Below are positions 11,276 through 25,155 of a DNA stretch of 64,000 nt, piece by piece. The first letter of the stretch is position 1. Every line of letters starts with the position of its first letter. Source of the stretch: Curvularia clavata. Lineage: Eukaryota. Below the pieces are notes generated by a model. That model was given only the letters and a program-made list of their open reading frames with translations. It had not been told where the DNA came from and did no database searches. Where the stretch lies: the NCBI GenBank assembly GCA_023920165.1, contig CP089278.1:248001-312000 (forward strand), read 5' to 3'. Made by a program: the position numbers and the translations under genes.

Positions 11276-14200
11276 CTACTGGTAAGGAGGGGGTGATGGT
11301 GGTGGTGGGAGGGAGAGCTGTTCTTGATCTGCAGTAAGACGTTGAGCCGTCCGTGTGCTTTCAGCAATGGCTTCATTGTTGAGCTCAGCGAGCTGGGTCA
11401 AGGTCTCTTGCATGGCTGCCAACTGCTAGAAATGTATTAGCTCTCTGGTCTTTGTTGCCTAGCAAGAAAAACAGATAATGCACGTACGGGATGTGGGTTC
11501 AACTCACAGTACCGACAACATCTTTCGCGGCACCGTTGCCGTTTAGTTTGTGTCGTTGAAGGCCAGATGCGGCGTACCCATCATCGCCTTCTTCGTCCTC
11601 GTCTTCTTCGGCTAAAGTGTCGATGCGTCGCCGCTCACCCATGGTAGCAGCGGCACGAGCGACCCTGTCGCCGGCAGCAAGGATTGCTTCAAGACGCTCA
11701 ACCTTGTCATGAAGAGAAGCGTTTTCTTTCTCTAGAGGTTCGACGCGGGCCAGGTGCTTTCGCACGACTTCACCCTTCATAGTTTCGATGCGGTCTTCGG
11801 CTTCTTCAGCAGCTCTGATGGCTTCATCGCGCTCACGTTTGATTGCGTGAATCTTTTCTTCTAGAGCCAACGCCGTTGCAGCTCGGGCATCAATATCGGC
11901 TTTGAGAGTGGCCTCTTTGATGTGAGAATCCCAATACATGTCCCGCTGTTCGGCGGCCTCTCTCTTTGCAGCTTCAAGTGCAGCAGAATGAATTGACTGT
12001 GCTTGTTCAAACTCAGCGGTAAGGGCATCGTACTTTTTGCGCAGTTGTTGTAGTGCGTCATTCGTGCTAGCCTCCATGCCAGCCATAAGCTCTGCGATGG
12101 CTTCCTCGTGTGCCTGATCCATGGATGCCTTTTGCTCTGTGAGATCCAAATGCTGTTTCTGCACAGCCTCGAGTTGATGCCGTAGAGCTTCCATGGCATT
12201 CGAATGACCGGTCTTCAGCTCGTGTTTCAAAAGCTCCATGGCATCACTATGTGCTTGATCGGCCTTTGCCATTTTGTGCTGCAATATGTCACACTCAGAC
12301 TGCAGTTTGGACAAGGCTTGCTCATAATCTGCCTTCAAGGAGTCTCTGAGCAAGCTGATAGCATCTTCATGCTCCTTCTCAGCGGCGGCCTTCTCGGCTT
12401 GGAGAGCCTCGTACTTGCTTGCCATCTCAGCAACTTCCGACGCGTCAGTCTGAGGTGCGTTCCGGAGTGCATCAATTTCCGCATGCAATTCTTTCTTAAG
12501 AGTTGCAAGTTCATTGAGTGCGGATTGCTTGCCTGAAAGCGCGGCTGTCTTCTCTTGCTCCAGTCGTTCGGCGTCGTTCTGCATAATCTCCAACAGATTT
12601 GCATATTTTTGCTCGATCTCAGCGTGTTGGGTTTCAAGCGCCTTCGCATGACTCTCCTCAATTGCGAGCTGTTTGGCGATGCTGTCTGCATGTGTTTTCT
12701 CAAGTTCTACAACCCGTGTAGAGAGATCATCCCGTTGGCGCTGAAGATTCTCGATTTCGGCCTTCCTAGCCTCTTCAGAACCACTTATTTCTTGCATGGC
12801 GGCCTCGTACTTCGTCTGCAGGTCACTAAAAGCCTCTGAGGTGTTCTTCATGTCTTCGTGTAGCCTGTCGTAGTCGGCTTGAAGTTCCACAAGAAGTTGC
12901 TTTGATGTAGTATCGGCTTGTTCCTTGAGCGTGGCGATGGCGTGACTATGTTCACTATCTGCGTTGGCCTTCTCTTGCATAAGTGTGTCGTACTTGGATT
13001 GGAGCTCTGCAAGTGCTGATTTGGTGGATTCCTCCGAATCCGCTTCCAACGCTCGCAGTGTTTGCATATGGGTGGTCTCCATAGTGCTCTTCTCATCAAG
13101 CAGTGCGTCGTATTTGGCCTGGAGTTCGTTCAAAAGTCGCTTTGATGTGTTGTCCGACTCTGCCGAGGCCTCGAGGACATCTTTGTGCGCCGTTTCGATT
13201 GCACTCTTCTCTTCTACAAGCGAGTCAAACTTGGACTGCAGCTCTTCAAGAGCATGCTTCAAGTCGCTTTCTGAATGCTGTCTTAGGTCTTCAATAGCAC
13301 GGCGGTGCTCATCTTCGGCGGACTTCTTCTCTTGAAGGAGGAGATCATACTTCGACTGCAGCTCTGCAAGAAGTTGCTTCGACTCATTCTCAGAGTCTTG
13401 CTTGAGGGCCTCGATAGCCTGTGCATGAGCATCCTCTGCAAGCGTCTTTGCCTCCAGTAGAGAGTCGTGACGGGCCTGCAGGTCGGCAATCACAGATTGA
13501 GACTTTGCGTGAGCATCTGCCACAGCACTCTTCTCCTCTTGCAAAGCGTTCAGTTGAGCTTGCAGATCTTCACTACCGGTGAGGTCCTTGCTCATTGTAC
13601 TGATACGGTCTTGAAGATCCACAACCAATGCCTGCGAAGTACTGTGAGCTTCCTTCAGAGTCGCCATTTCGTCTTCAGTCTCTTTGAGCTTGGCGAGTGC
13701 ATCCTCGCTGCTGCGAGTTGCCGAAGTAGAGGTGTCCCGAAGCTCATTGATTTCCTGCTTGAGAGCGTCGATTTCGCTGGACCGTTCAGAAAGTGCTTTC
13801 TCGTGTTCCTCTGAGTGTGCCTTTTTCTCGGCGACAAGAGCATCAAAATCCGACTGTAGAGTGTTCAATCGCCTTGATGCATCTCCTTCAAGGTCAGCTC
13901 TCAGTGATTCAATCTCGCGTTCGTAATCTTCGCCAATGACACGCAAGTCTTGCTTGTGCCTATCGTGTAGCGTATCAAGCTCGGACTTGTAAGTATCTGC
14001 CTTCTTGTTTGCTTCGTTCAAGTCAGCTTGGATTTTGGCAATTTCAGAAGCGTGCTGCGACTCTAGCTGCTGCGAGGCCTTTTCGAGTGTGTCGATTGTG
14101 CTTCGCAGGCTAGCTGCCTCCTCTTTCAGCTGCTCTAGCTCGGCAGCATCGGTCGTAAGCTGGCTATTCAAGGCATCCATCTGTCGAATAAGCTCGTCGT

Positions 14201-16367
14201 TTTCGTCAGTCTTGATTTTGAGAGCAGCTTCATGGGCGTCTTTCAGTTCCTCCATTTGCTTGTGAAGCTGCTCAGCTACGCTGGCGCCATCCGTTGAGCC
14301 TTGCTGCAGGGCCATGATCTCTTGCTGAAGGTTGTCAATAGACTTGACATGTCCTGACAACTCTTCCTCTTTTGTACGCAGCTCTTCGCTCGCGGTTTTC
14401 TGGATCTCGTCGATTTTTGCTTGCAGTTGTTCGGCGTGTGCGCTGCGCTCTTTCTCAAGGTCTGCAGAAGTCTGATCCGCACGCTCTTGTAGCTTTGCAA
14501 GGTCCTCTTGGAGCTGTTTCTGGGTTTCAGATTGGGTAGCAATCATCTCCTCTTTTGCGCGCAATTCGTCAGTGTGCTGCTGGTGTATTGTTTGAAGCTC
14601 AGTCTGGAGCTGCTCGACGAGTGTCAAATGCTCAGAGGCCTTCGCCTCAAGTGTTTGTTGTGCTTCCTGCAAAGCTTCTTTATGCTGCTCTTCTGTGGTT
14701 GCAACCTGCGCCATATATTCATCGACAGTCTTGGTAAGCTCAATGATCTTATCATCGCGCGAACGGAGGTTATCTGCTTGACTTTGTTCCAGCTCGGCAA
14801 ACTTGGTCTCAAGGTTTTCCAATGTCTTTTTGGCAATGTCAAGCTCCTGCGAGAGCTTGTCGCGCTCATCCTTCAAGTTGGCGACTTCCTGGGTAAGCTC
14901 TTCGATTTGGACAGCTTGCTCAGCCAGCTTCTTCTTTTCTTCATCCCATTGACGGCCCTGCTGCTCGAGCTCGGCATTCAAATCGTCCAGAACCTGCTGT
15001 AGCTCGATAGCCTTGGCGGCTTCGGCGGCCTCTCTCTCCTGCGCGGCCTTCTTCTCCTTCTCCAGCTGATGACTCTGTTCTTCCAGTTGCTTGGTCTCTT
15101 TGGCAAACTTCTTCTCCATATCTTCAACGGTGGTGTCATGCGCACTTCGCTCGGAAGACGTTGGAGCATTGGAGCCGCTTGCGATGAGCTTGTCCTTCTC
15201 AGCGATGGCTGCCTGTGCTTCAGCCAGCTGACTTCGTAGCCTCGCTTTTTCCTGTTCCAGATTATCTACTTCTCGGGTGAGGTCGTCACACTGCTCCTGC
15301 AGCTTGTCACGGAGGCTAGTTTCCTTGAAGAAGTCTTGCATGATCTGCGCGCTCCGCCTTTTCATTTCCATATCCACCTCGGCAGAGCCCGTCGGGGCAG
15401 TGTCTGGGCGCGGGGAGTCCTCGCCGAGTTTCGCCAGTGCAGCTTTAACAGGTCCGAGGGCGCGTTTGCGGTTCTCAACTTCTGCGTCGGAGGCAGCCTT
15501 CTCTCTGGAAGCGACATGGCGGCTTTCGGACGTAACGGGGCTTTCCCTAGTAAAAATTTCAGTATGCATCATATCTGTGGATGGTTTAGACTGGCCATAC
15601 ACTTCTTCAGCTGTGTCTTCGGGCTCTGAAGTCCCTGGTGGGGGAGGAGCAGGAGCAGAGACAGATGGCTTTTTTGCCTGTCCTACTGACGCTTTTGATA
15701 CAGTGGCAGTCGTACGCGCAGTAGTAGTAGCAGCAGAGGGGCGTGTTGTCGCTGGTCTGGTGGAAGAGGCGAGAGAAGTACGGGGCGCGCGGGTGGTTGT
15801 TGTATCGGTAGGTGGGCGCGTGGTCGAAGGTCGCTTCGCGGTGGTTGTCGCCGTCGCTGTCGAGGATGAAAGCGAGGGCCTGGATGATGGCTTGGCCGGT
15901 GATGGTCTTGTAGCTGTACTGGCTGTGACAGGGGGTTTCCGTACGGTTGTTGGCTTCTTTTTGCCCTCCTCACCGGACGTTACTGAGGACACATCTGGCT
16001 CTGCATCGGAGGCCGTCTTGGAGGAAGAGATTGTCCTCCGCGCGGCGGTTCCAGGCGCAGGACGTGCAGCCGGCTTGTTCAGAGCAGATCCTACGGTGCT
16101 GGTGCGTGAGGTCGAGCTGGAGGTGGGTTTCGCGGTGCTCGTTGTGGTGCGCGTAGTGCTCGTTGCGGGCGCGACGGGCCGGCGAGCAGCCGCTGCAGTG
16201 GTGCTGGTTACAGTAGGCCGACGAGTTGCAGCAGCATCTTTGGAAGCGGGAGAAGGGCCATTCGAAGCCATCTTGCGCCTTACAGACGATGTGGGAGTGG
16301 AGGGCGCGGGTAGCTTTTTTGGCAAAGTACTGCCGGCGGGCAAACTTTCCGAGGCAGCGTTCTCCAT
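11276..16367 (-). CDS. Very long coiled-coil protein (about 1670 aa) with basic S/T/P/R-rich N-terminus
   Basis: 1622-aa ORF. Intron 11423-11507 (GTGAGT..CTAAT..CAG) adds the last exon LAAMQETLTQLAELNNEAIAESTRTAQRL...PPPYQ*, stop at 11276. E/K/Q/L/A-rich helical composition. Confidence 0.85.
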
Positions 16368-17393
16368 GCAGAGGGTATGGGCTCAGGGGCCGGCGCTGAT
16401 CAGTGCGCTATGCGAACGACTGACCTTGGAAGCGGGTAAAAAGAATGCGGAGACGATGGAGCGAGCGACAGAGTTGGAAATGCTAAGTTGGGCTGGACAG
16501 CATGCAACTCGAGAAGCTTGTCGTCATGCTAGTATGGGCCGTGCTGTGTGCACACGGACAATACTAGTAGGTGGGGAAGGGTCTCCCATTCTCGCCCATG
16601 TCCATACCACACCTCTCTTGTCCACTCACCGGCGCACACGTCGCATGCCCAGTTCTGCATGGAGAGTAATATATCGAGCTTGTGACGCGCCTTGTCTCAA
16701 ACTGCACCACATCCACTGAGACGCCAGCATTCCATTTGCACGTATGGCGCGTCCTGCACCCCACTAAACCATCTGTAGTCAGGAACATTCTCCGCTCATC
16801 TGCTCGCCTAATGCAGGTAATGTGCTCTAGCCCTGATTAGACCTTCCAATGTCTCAGTCAGTACATGGACATTCATTCACGTGACCGTGGCTGTCTTGCC
16901 CTGATAAGTCTCCGACCAGGTTCCTGAGGTGTCTGTCACGTGAGTTATATTCGTGACAAATGACTCTCAATCGGATCATATTGAGACACAAAGGGATATA
17001 TATGCAAAGATTTATTGTGGGTAGTCGTGGCTGAAGAATAGATCTGATAAATATGCAACCCGTATCTTGCTTTTACTACGATTACCATGATCCACACTTC
17101 AGCAGATGGTGACCTGTAGACAAAGATCAAACTTTCCAAGTCGTTTGATGTCTACTTTGTTAACAAAGCTCAGGGAACCATGCTAGTACCGAGCCCTGCC
17201 AAGTATCAGCTCTAATTACATGGAACCGTTAGCTTAGGCGAACGTTACGGGGTTTTCTTCCTGTGTCGCAGCACGGCTCTATTGCACCATCTGCATGATC
17301 ACAAGGTGTCGATCAAGATTTCCCCAACCCATATTCTTCTCTTCCCATAACAAAAGCAATTACGCCTCTTCAAGCTCCACTAGTATTCTCCAA

Positions 17394-18288
17394 CTATTTC
17401 TTCCCTATTTTTTCCAAACCAGACCCCATGGACATCGCTTTATCCTGCAAATGGTAAGTTGAATGTCAATCTCTCAACATCTATCAAGGGCCTTACAATT
17501 ATCGGTAGGGGCAGCAGCGTGGTGCACCAATAAATGATTGAGGCCATCCGTCCCCTCCAGATCTGTCTCTGGGCGCCGCCCAGAATATCACGTACAGCAT
17601 TTCTAGCAAAGACATCAGCGGCCATGCGGGGGCGACCATCTTGCCCAGTAGCCAGAGCGATCATCTCCTTCTCGGCAGGTTTGAAAGGGGACGTTTCAGA
17701 AAGCTCTGGAACCGGCCCATTGCTCATAATGTGGCTAGTGACAGCTCCTGGAACCAGTGTGATGACGCGGATGCCGAGAGGAGCCAGTTCCAGACGCATG
17801 GTCTCAGTGGCCATCGAAATGGCCGCCTTGGACGCGCAGTAAAATCCCATATATGGAGCATGCACATAAGCAACCATGGACGAGACATTGACAATGGTTC
17901 CCTGAGAAGCGGCGACGAGTGGGATGAACGCTTGACAGAGAGCCATTACGCTAAAGATGTTAGTCTCAAACATAGCGCGGGCAATATCGAGATCAGCTTC
18001 TATCATTGGCGTGATGTACTGGCGACCGGCGTTGTTGACCAGGAAGTCCAAGAAGCCGCTGGTGTACTTGTTGACTTCGGCAACGGCAGCATCGATGCTG
18101 GCCGTCGATGTCACATCAAGTTGCAGTAGAGTGATCCGGTCTACGTTGGCCAGATGCGTCATCTTTTCTAGGTTGCGTGCTGTCGCGAAGACGTGTAATC
18201 CGCGTCTTTGGAATTCCAAGGCCATCGCTGATCCAATTCCTCCATCACTGCAACCGGTGATAAGGACTGTCTTAGGCTGAGATGACAT
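17394..18288 (-). CDS. Short-chain dehydrogenase/reductase, Ayr1 (1-acyl-DHAP reductase)-like
   Basis: LITGCSDGGIG cofactor motif typical of Ayr1-like SDRs, LVNNAG and YCASK. Intron about 17445-17496, last exon DKAMSMGSGLEKIGKK*. Confidence 0.88.
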
Positions 18289-20681
18289 GAAGGTGGTTAA
18301 GAGGTGTCAGAATCAGAGTGTTGTAAAGTGGAGGTGGATGACGAGCTAGCGAAATATGAGAGACCGGTGTACTATACATGGCAACAGTGGTTATGAATAT
18401 TTATATTCGTTGACCCATACGCACATCTTTCAGCCCGTTGTTGGTCACTACCAAAAATAAGGAAGTCGGGGCGAAGCAAAACGCGGCGTAGGTCGGGCTC
18501 TAAGTTGGTCCGCTTTAGCGATGGGTGTATGTGTTACCCCGTCTTGGCGAACAGTCCATGCACCACCGTTTTATTGGCATATTGGATTTAGTCTGGAACT
18601 ATATATACCCTGAATTCCCTGGAAGAGAATAGTGCTCTTGCCAAAGTGGTGTTAACCCCTGTTGTAATGCGGATACGGACAACAAACGCCCTGGTAGGAT
18701 CCTCATACAATTAAAATATCTTCGCTATCAATTTGCTACTCAATATTGTGACAACGAGAATCAGTTTCAGTCGAGTAGAGTCCAGGTTGCGATTTCACTA
18801 TTCGAGAAACTGCCAGTCATGGCTCAAATTTACTTTGGCAAAGGCTGGCTATCCTGTATAGTCTTGTGCACCCTACCCACACCTTTGCACTCGTCAAAAC
18901 TGCAATTTACTCTGGATACCTGTATTCCTCATTATTAAAGGCCTATATAGTTGAATTCACATTGTTGGTGGTCTATAATATAGCACCACTTCCACTAAAT
19001 GCAATTGCACCACGCCATGCACCACTACCCTACGGGGTGTCAACATACATACAATCACTCCGTCGAGTAGTACCAACATTATAAGCACGGCTATATCTTC
19101 TGATGCTTCCTGGGCTAACTCCGCATAAGTGATTTTTTCTTCTTGATGCAGGTGTAGTTAGAGTGTAGCTTACGTATTCATAAGGAATGACTGTTAGCAC
19201 GGAACTCTAATTGGGCCCGTACCCTGCAGATGGTTTGCGTATGCAATACGATCGCATCGAGAACTAGGCCTTTTAGAGTTAGGCTCAACAAGAAATTCTT
19301 TTAATCATCCATCTACATGATTATAAGGTTTTTGGCTCTTTGGTTCAAATTTCCATAGGAGATCGGCAGACTGAACAACACCTAAGTAATGGTTGCACCC
19401 TTATACAGTCTGGGAACGCATTCGACATTGTCCACTTCCTCTAAAGAAGGCGTTTTTAGCATGGCGTTTCTTTCTGTTCTTTTTTCTTTTTGGCATTCTT
19501 TTAGGCGATTAGGAGGTTGACGGCTGCTCTCGAGACATCGTAGAGGTTGACACGGTAATACTTGACGACGACATAGGTGTATGATACTTTCTCTAGGCGC
19601 ACACCTTTTCTTGGCCATCCATGCAAAGAATGTATCATATGTCAAGATGCGCCTTTTCTCTGCTGCGTTCCGACAGCTTGGGGCAGATTCTGGACTAAGC
19701 CACTTGACACTTACACTTACGAACAGTCGACAATTAAGTAGATGCCGTATCTTTTGGATTTGCCAATCAGCTTTCTACCAGCATCAGCCTCTCATATGCA
19801 GGGTCCTGTGCCTTCCCCAGAACACTCGAGCCAGGTGTTATAGTATCTGCTTTGATAGGCAAGGATAGTCTTTGCAGGGAAAAAATGGGTCAGCACGATC
19901 TCTTTATACACAGCCTTGACAACCAATCACACGAGATCTTATCGGCAGCAAACAAGATATGAAATGCCGGCCATCAAAACTCTCTTCAGAAATCATACGA
20001 AAACGGAATCAATTTTGGGAAACAGTGATATCCGTGACACTTTGCTAGTGTTGTCTCTTCAGAAAGCCGATATTGGAAATTCTCGTCGATACCTCAGAGC
20101 TTTCGCCAAGATATATAACTGGCTCGCATGATTGTATGCCGCAAGTATTGGTCCGGTAGCTACAGAGAACAACAAGGTGCGCTGGCAGCTCGCTGTGGCC
20201 CATTGGCCTGCTAAGCGTTAACTGCCGAGGCTTAAAAGCGTCAAGCTTCGCCGTTCGCACGCTTAACCAGGCTTGACGTACCGCCTCCCCCGCTTTCCAC
20301 CAATCAGCATATGTTGAGGCTCCGGACGAAATCGGCGTTGTGCTAGCAGCTTGTGTTTCGAGCAAACGTTCTCTTAAGGAAATGATCATTGTGCGGGGAA
20401 ACATGGGGTCACTGGGGTAGCGTAGCCGAAACATCGAAAAGTGCCTCGAACCGAGACTGGAATGACGATGATACAGTCGAGACGGCACTGGCGTGTGGCG
20501 TCCATTACGTCTCCACTACGACCACTCCGGGTTCAATAAAACCCCCGTCACCTCCTTATAATAGCCTTCTCATTCTTGTGCTTCATTATTAGCTGATAAG
20601 TGTCTTCAATTCGGTTGTGTTATATTTGCTCGTTTTCAGAATAAGAGATTGGTGTCATTGCTCATGTCAGATACGTCAAGA

Positions 20682-21687
20682 ATGGATCACGAAAAAGTTG
20701 AGAGCAACGGCGTAGAGATGACAGAAAACGGCTCACCTTTGAGCCGTCAGCTGACCGTAGCTTTAACTCCTGAGCAGTACGAGCGGCTCTTCTTCCAGCC
20801 GTCGGCTCCTCGTCGCGGTGATCTAGCCAAGAAATTCGGTAAGATCTCCCGTGTATATTGAGCCTGTAACTCTGGAGATTGACATCCCCGGTAGCCAATC
20901 CAACTCTGCTTGGCCTGATTGGGTTCCTGGTACCGTATACCTCCACGATCCTCATCCTTTGCGGCTTTCAGGGATCTGTCGCTCCACAAAGTCTAGTTGG
21001 ACTTAGTGCAGACTACTACTTCTTTGGAGCCCTTGCTATGAATCTGGCTGGAATTGCAGAGTTCGTACTTGGCAATAGTACGTTTTTTATGCAATTACAA
21101 TCCCTTCAACTTATGGAACACTAACTTTGATGAAGCGTTTCCTATGGCTGTTTTCATCATCTACGGTAGCCATTGGGGTAGCTTAGCATATCAACAAGAT
21201 CCAATCCATCAGACCACATCGGCTTTCGAACAATTGGGAGGGGCATATGGGGCCGCTTACAACTCTTCGCAGGGGTTTCATAACGTTGCAATGTAAGTGC
21301 ATACGCTCGCCCCAGGCACAGTCATCACCAGTACCTTGCGTTAGCGCCTAACAAACCCTCAGGGTCCTCGCCAGTTTTGTATTTCTGATTGGCACGATTC
21401 GTGTTAATTTCCTCTTCACTCTGACCTTCTTTGGCCTCGTCATGCTGTTCTCGTTCATTGCCGCTGCAGACTTTAACCTTGCTTCTCATGGGGCTAAGGC
21501 CGACCTTGAGCATATCAATATGCTGTTGCGAGTTGCCGGCGGTTTTGGCTTCCTTGGGCTAATCTCTGGGTGGTACCTTGCCATTCTTACAGTCTGTGAG
21601 GCTGTCAGCATTCCATGCCCATTACCTGTGTTCGACTTGAGCAGTAAGGTTTTCCCAAAGAAAGAAAAGACTAGCCAAGGCAATTAA
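20682..21687 (+). CDS. GPR1/FUN34/YaaH (Ato/Ady2/SatP) acetate or ammonia transporter, 4 exons
   Basis: ANPTLLGLIGF (variant of NPAPLGL), AGIAEFVLGN-FP, hydrophobic TM segments. Three GT-AG introns link ORFs 20649, 20879, 21054 and 21442. Alternative ATG at 20664. Confidence 0.85.
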
Positions 21688-22159
21688 GGCAGGGATGTGT
21701 GTTGCCGCCACAGACTTTAAATGAGATGTAGGCTTGGTGCATCAAATACGGTATTTAGATTGCGACGATGTTGTACATAGAACATGTATGCTCAACCTGT
21801 GAAATTTGGAGCAATCTTTCCAAAAAGCTTCCATTGATGGAATTCTATGCATCGTGATGTGATACGTGCGTCATGTTCTGTTGAACCCGGTGGCTGAATG
21901 TCGTTTATTTCCCCGGGTTGATCATTGAATAACATTGTGGAGATCTAAGGTCTATATGCGCGGGGTAACAGGGTATTTTACCTTTCCAACGGCAAAAGGC
22001 GGAACATGGTTTGATCAGGAACGAGATGGATCTTCCCCATGTGTATTTTGCCGATCAATTAATATCAGTAAGCTGTGCGACAATAGCTCATAAAAGGGTC
22101 GACCACCTCTTGTGGTATGAATCCCGTCAAGCTGCAATAGTGTGAACTCTTCAGCCACG

Positions 22160-24485
22160 ATGCGCTTCCCTTCTACTGCCGTGGTTCTTGGAGCGTCATT
22201 GATATCTACGTCGTACGCAATTGGCCCTGATTGCGTTCGTGGACCGTTGAGTACCAATGCCATTTGCGACGTCAATGCATCGCCTTCCAAGAGGGCTGCG
22301 GCTCTTGTCGCAGCCATGCAAACACAGGAGAAGCTGGACAATCTCGTCAGGTACGCGTATTAAGCAGCTCACCGAAGAACTTATATCTAATTGATATAGC
22401 AAATCCAAGGGCGTACCTCGCTTAGGTCTCCCAGCATACAATTGGTGGGGCGAGGCTCTACATGGTGTGGCAGGTGCACCAGGAATCAACTTCACTGGAG
22501 CCTACAGCAAGGCCACATCCTTCCCCATGCCACTGATGATGGCGGCTGCTTTCGACGATGATCTTATCTACAAGGTCGCCAATATCATTGGAAATGAAGC
22601 AAGGGCATTTGGAAATGGTGGCGTCGCCCCTGTAGACTACTGGACTCCGGACATCAACCCATACCGCGATCCTCGATGGGGCCGTGGCTCAGAAACTCCT
22701 GGAGAAGATATCCTCAGAATCAAAAAGTACACCAAGAGCCTGCTCGCTGGCCTTGAGGGTGACAAAGCCCAGAGGAAGATTATTGCAACCTGTAAACACT
22801 ATGTCGGTTACGATATGGAGGCCTGGGGTGGTGTCGATCGACACAACTTCAATGCGAAAATCACAATGCAGGACTTGGCAGAGTATTACATGCCGCCGTT
22901 CCAGCAATGTGCCCGAGATTCAAAGGTCGGATCGTTCATGTGCAGTTACAATGCAGTCAACGGTGTCCCAACGTGTGCCGACACCTACGTTCTTGAAACA
23001 ATTTTGAGGGATCACTGGAACTGGACGGATAGCAACAACTACATTACTAGTGACTGTGAAGCTGTTGCCGACATCTCTCAGAACCACAAATATGTCAAGA
23101 CTCTTGCGGAAGGCACAGCACTTGCTTTCACTAACGGCATGGACCTTAGTTGCGAATACTCGGGGTCATCGGATATCCCAGGAGCTTGGAAACAAGGCCT
23201 CCTCAATATCTCTGTTGTAGACAGGGCCTTGAAACGACAGTATGAAGGCCTTGTTCATGCCGGCTACTTCGATGGCGCCAAGGCAACTTACTCGGGGCTG
23301 AGCTCCAAAGACATTAACACACCCGAGGCACAGCAGCTGTCACTTCAAATCACAGCAGAAAGCTATGTTATGCTAAAGAACGACAAGACGCTTCCACTAC
23401 CGCTCACAAAGGGATCGAAAGTGGCCATGGTCGGTTTCTGGGCCAATGATTCATCCAAGCTCCAAGGAATCTACAGTGGTCCCGCTCCTTACTTACGTTC
23501 GCCTGTGTGGGCTGGTCAGCAACTGGGATTGAACATGGCCATTGCTAACGGTCCCATGAATCAAAACTCAAGCGTTACCGACACTTGGACTGCCAATGCG
23601 CTGAAGGCAGCACAGGCTTCCGATTACATCCTGTTCTTTGGTGGCCTTGACTCGTCAGTGGCGGCAGAAGGCTATGACCGAACAGACATCAGCTTTCCTA
23701 AGGTGCAAATTGATCTCCTCACTAAGCTATCCAAGCTTGGAAAGCCACTCGTTGTCACCCTCCTGGGCCATATGGTGGATGACTCTCCTCTCATGGCCAT
23801 GAAAGGTGTCAACTCGATCATCTGGGCGAACTGGCCTGGCCAGGATGGCGGGCCAGCGTTGATGCAAGTCATTTCTGGAGCGACGGCCGTTGCAGGTCGT
23901 TTACCAGTAACCCAATACCCAGCGAATTACACCAAGCTTTCTATGCTTGATATGAGCATGCGACCCCATGCAGACAGCCCTGGCCGTACTTACCGTTGGT
24001 TCAACCAGTCTGTCCATCCATTCGGTTATGGCCTACATTACACCACCTTTGATGCCAAGTTTGCAAGCGAGAAAGGCCTGACCTACAATATCGAGGATGC
24101 AATGAAGAGTTGCAAGCAAGAGTACCCCGATCTGTGCGAGGTCGCACCACTTGAAGTTACGGTGTCAAACAAGGGTAATCGAACATCGGATTTCGTTGCG
24201 CTGGCTTTCATTAAGGGTGAAGTTGGACCTAAGCCATACCCTCTGAAGACCCTGATTTCGTACACGAGGCTACGAGGTATCCAAGGCGGTAGCAAAAAGA
24301 TGGCATCACTTCCGCTTACACTCGGAAACCTGGCTAGAGTGGATGAATCAGGCAACACTGTTGTTTATCCAGGCGAATACACAGTTCTTCTCGACGAACC
24401 TACGCAAGCCGAGTTGAAGCTGACCATCACTGGTAAGGAGACGGTCCTGGACAAATGGCCCCAGCCGCCCAAAGCAGCCCAGTAG
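22160..24485 (+). CDS. Secreted GH3 beta-xylosidase (XlnD/Bxl1 subfamily)
   Basis: Signal peptide, GPDC..GPL...ICD, YNWWGEALHGVA, ATSFP, RDPRWGRGSETPGED, CKHY, nucleophile ITSDC, GRTYRW, FGYGLHYT, C-terminal Fn3-like region. One intron about 22351-22399. Confidence 0.93.
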
Positions 24486-25155
24486 AAGGGTCTTCAATCC
24501 TTCCTGGGATGGATGCAGTCTTAGTATAGATGATATTCACATGCCTTTCTAGTTGGCAATGGAACATATGCCTAGCTGCGCTCGCAATGTGAACAAAGAC
24601 ATTGAACCCATGCGTGTGGACGGAAGATTATTGAGATGCTTGATCGAAAACATTTTCTTGCAACGGGGTTCTGGATAGATTGCCATTTTTGGTGGGTCTT
24701 TTGGAACCCCCAGAATAGGCTATTATTGTTTCTGCTCACATGATATCGCGATTTTATGTAGGTAAGCGTGCGCGGGGTATCGTGTACCCAGTACACCCAT
24801 CTCTAACCCTTGCCTCCGCGTCCCTCTACCTTCCACTTCTTACGACCTCTTCGCAGACAAAAGCCCGGACTATCGCCCAACAATACCCACTCTGGAGCTG
24901 TATCCTGGTAATAAAGCCTTGTACTTTGGGTGATCGCTCCTTGAAGCTTTCGTATCATCCTAGGCAATGCAACCCAAGAGTGGAACTTGACGCATGGTGA
25001 CCAATTTCTCCGTCGCCCGTTGCCATGACGCTACTTTGCGTCGTGCCATGCAGCACATGCATCATGACTTTTACCGTAGACTAAAAGGTAGTTAAAGTCG
25101 ATAATGTTAGCGTAAGGATGCGCTCCAGCTACACCTTCAGCAATAGAGCACCACC

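Noticed and set aside
15277..16719. 480-aa + strand ORF
   Set aside because: Antisense shadow of the low-complexity T/S/A/R N-terminus of the coiled-coil gene; no independent motifs.
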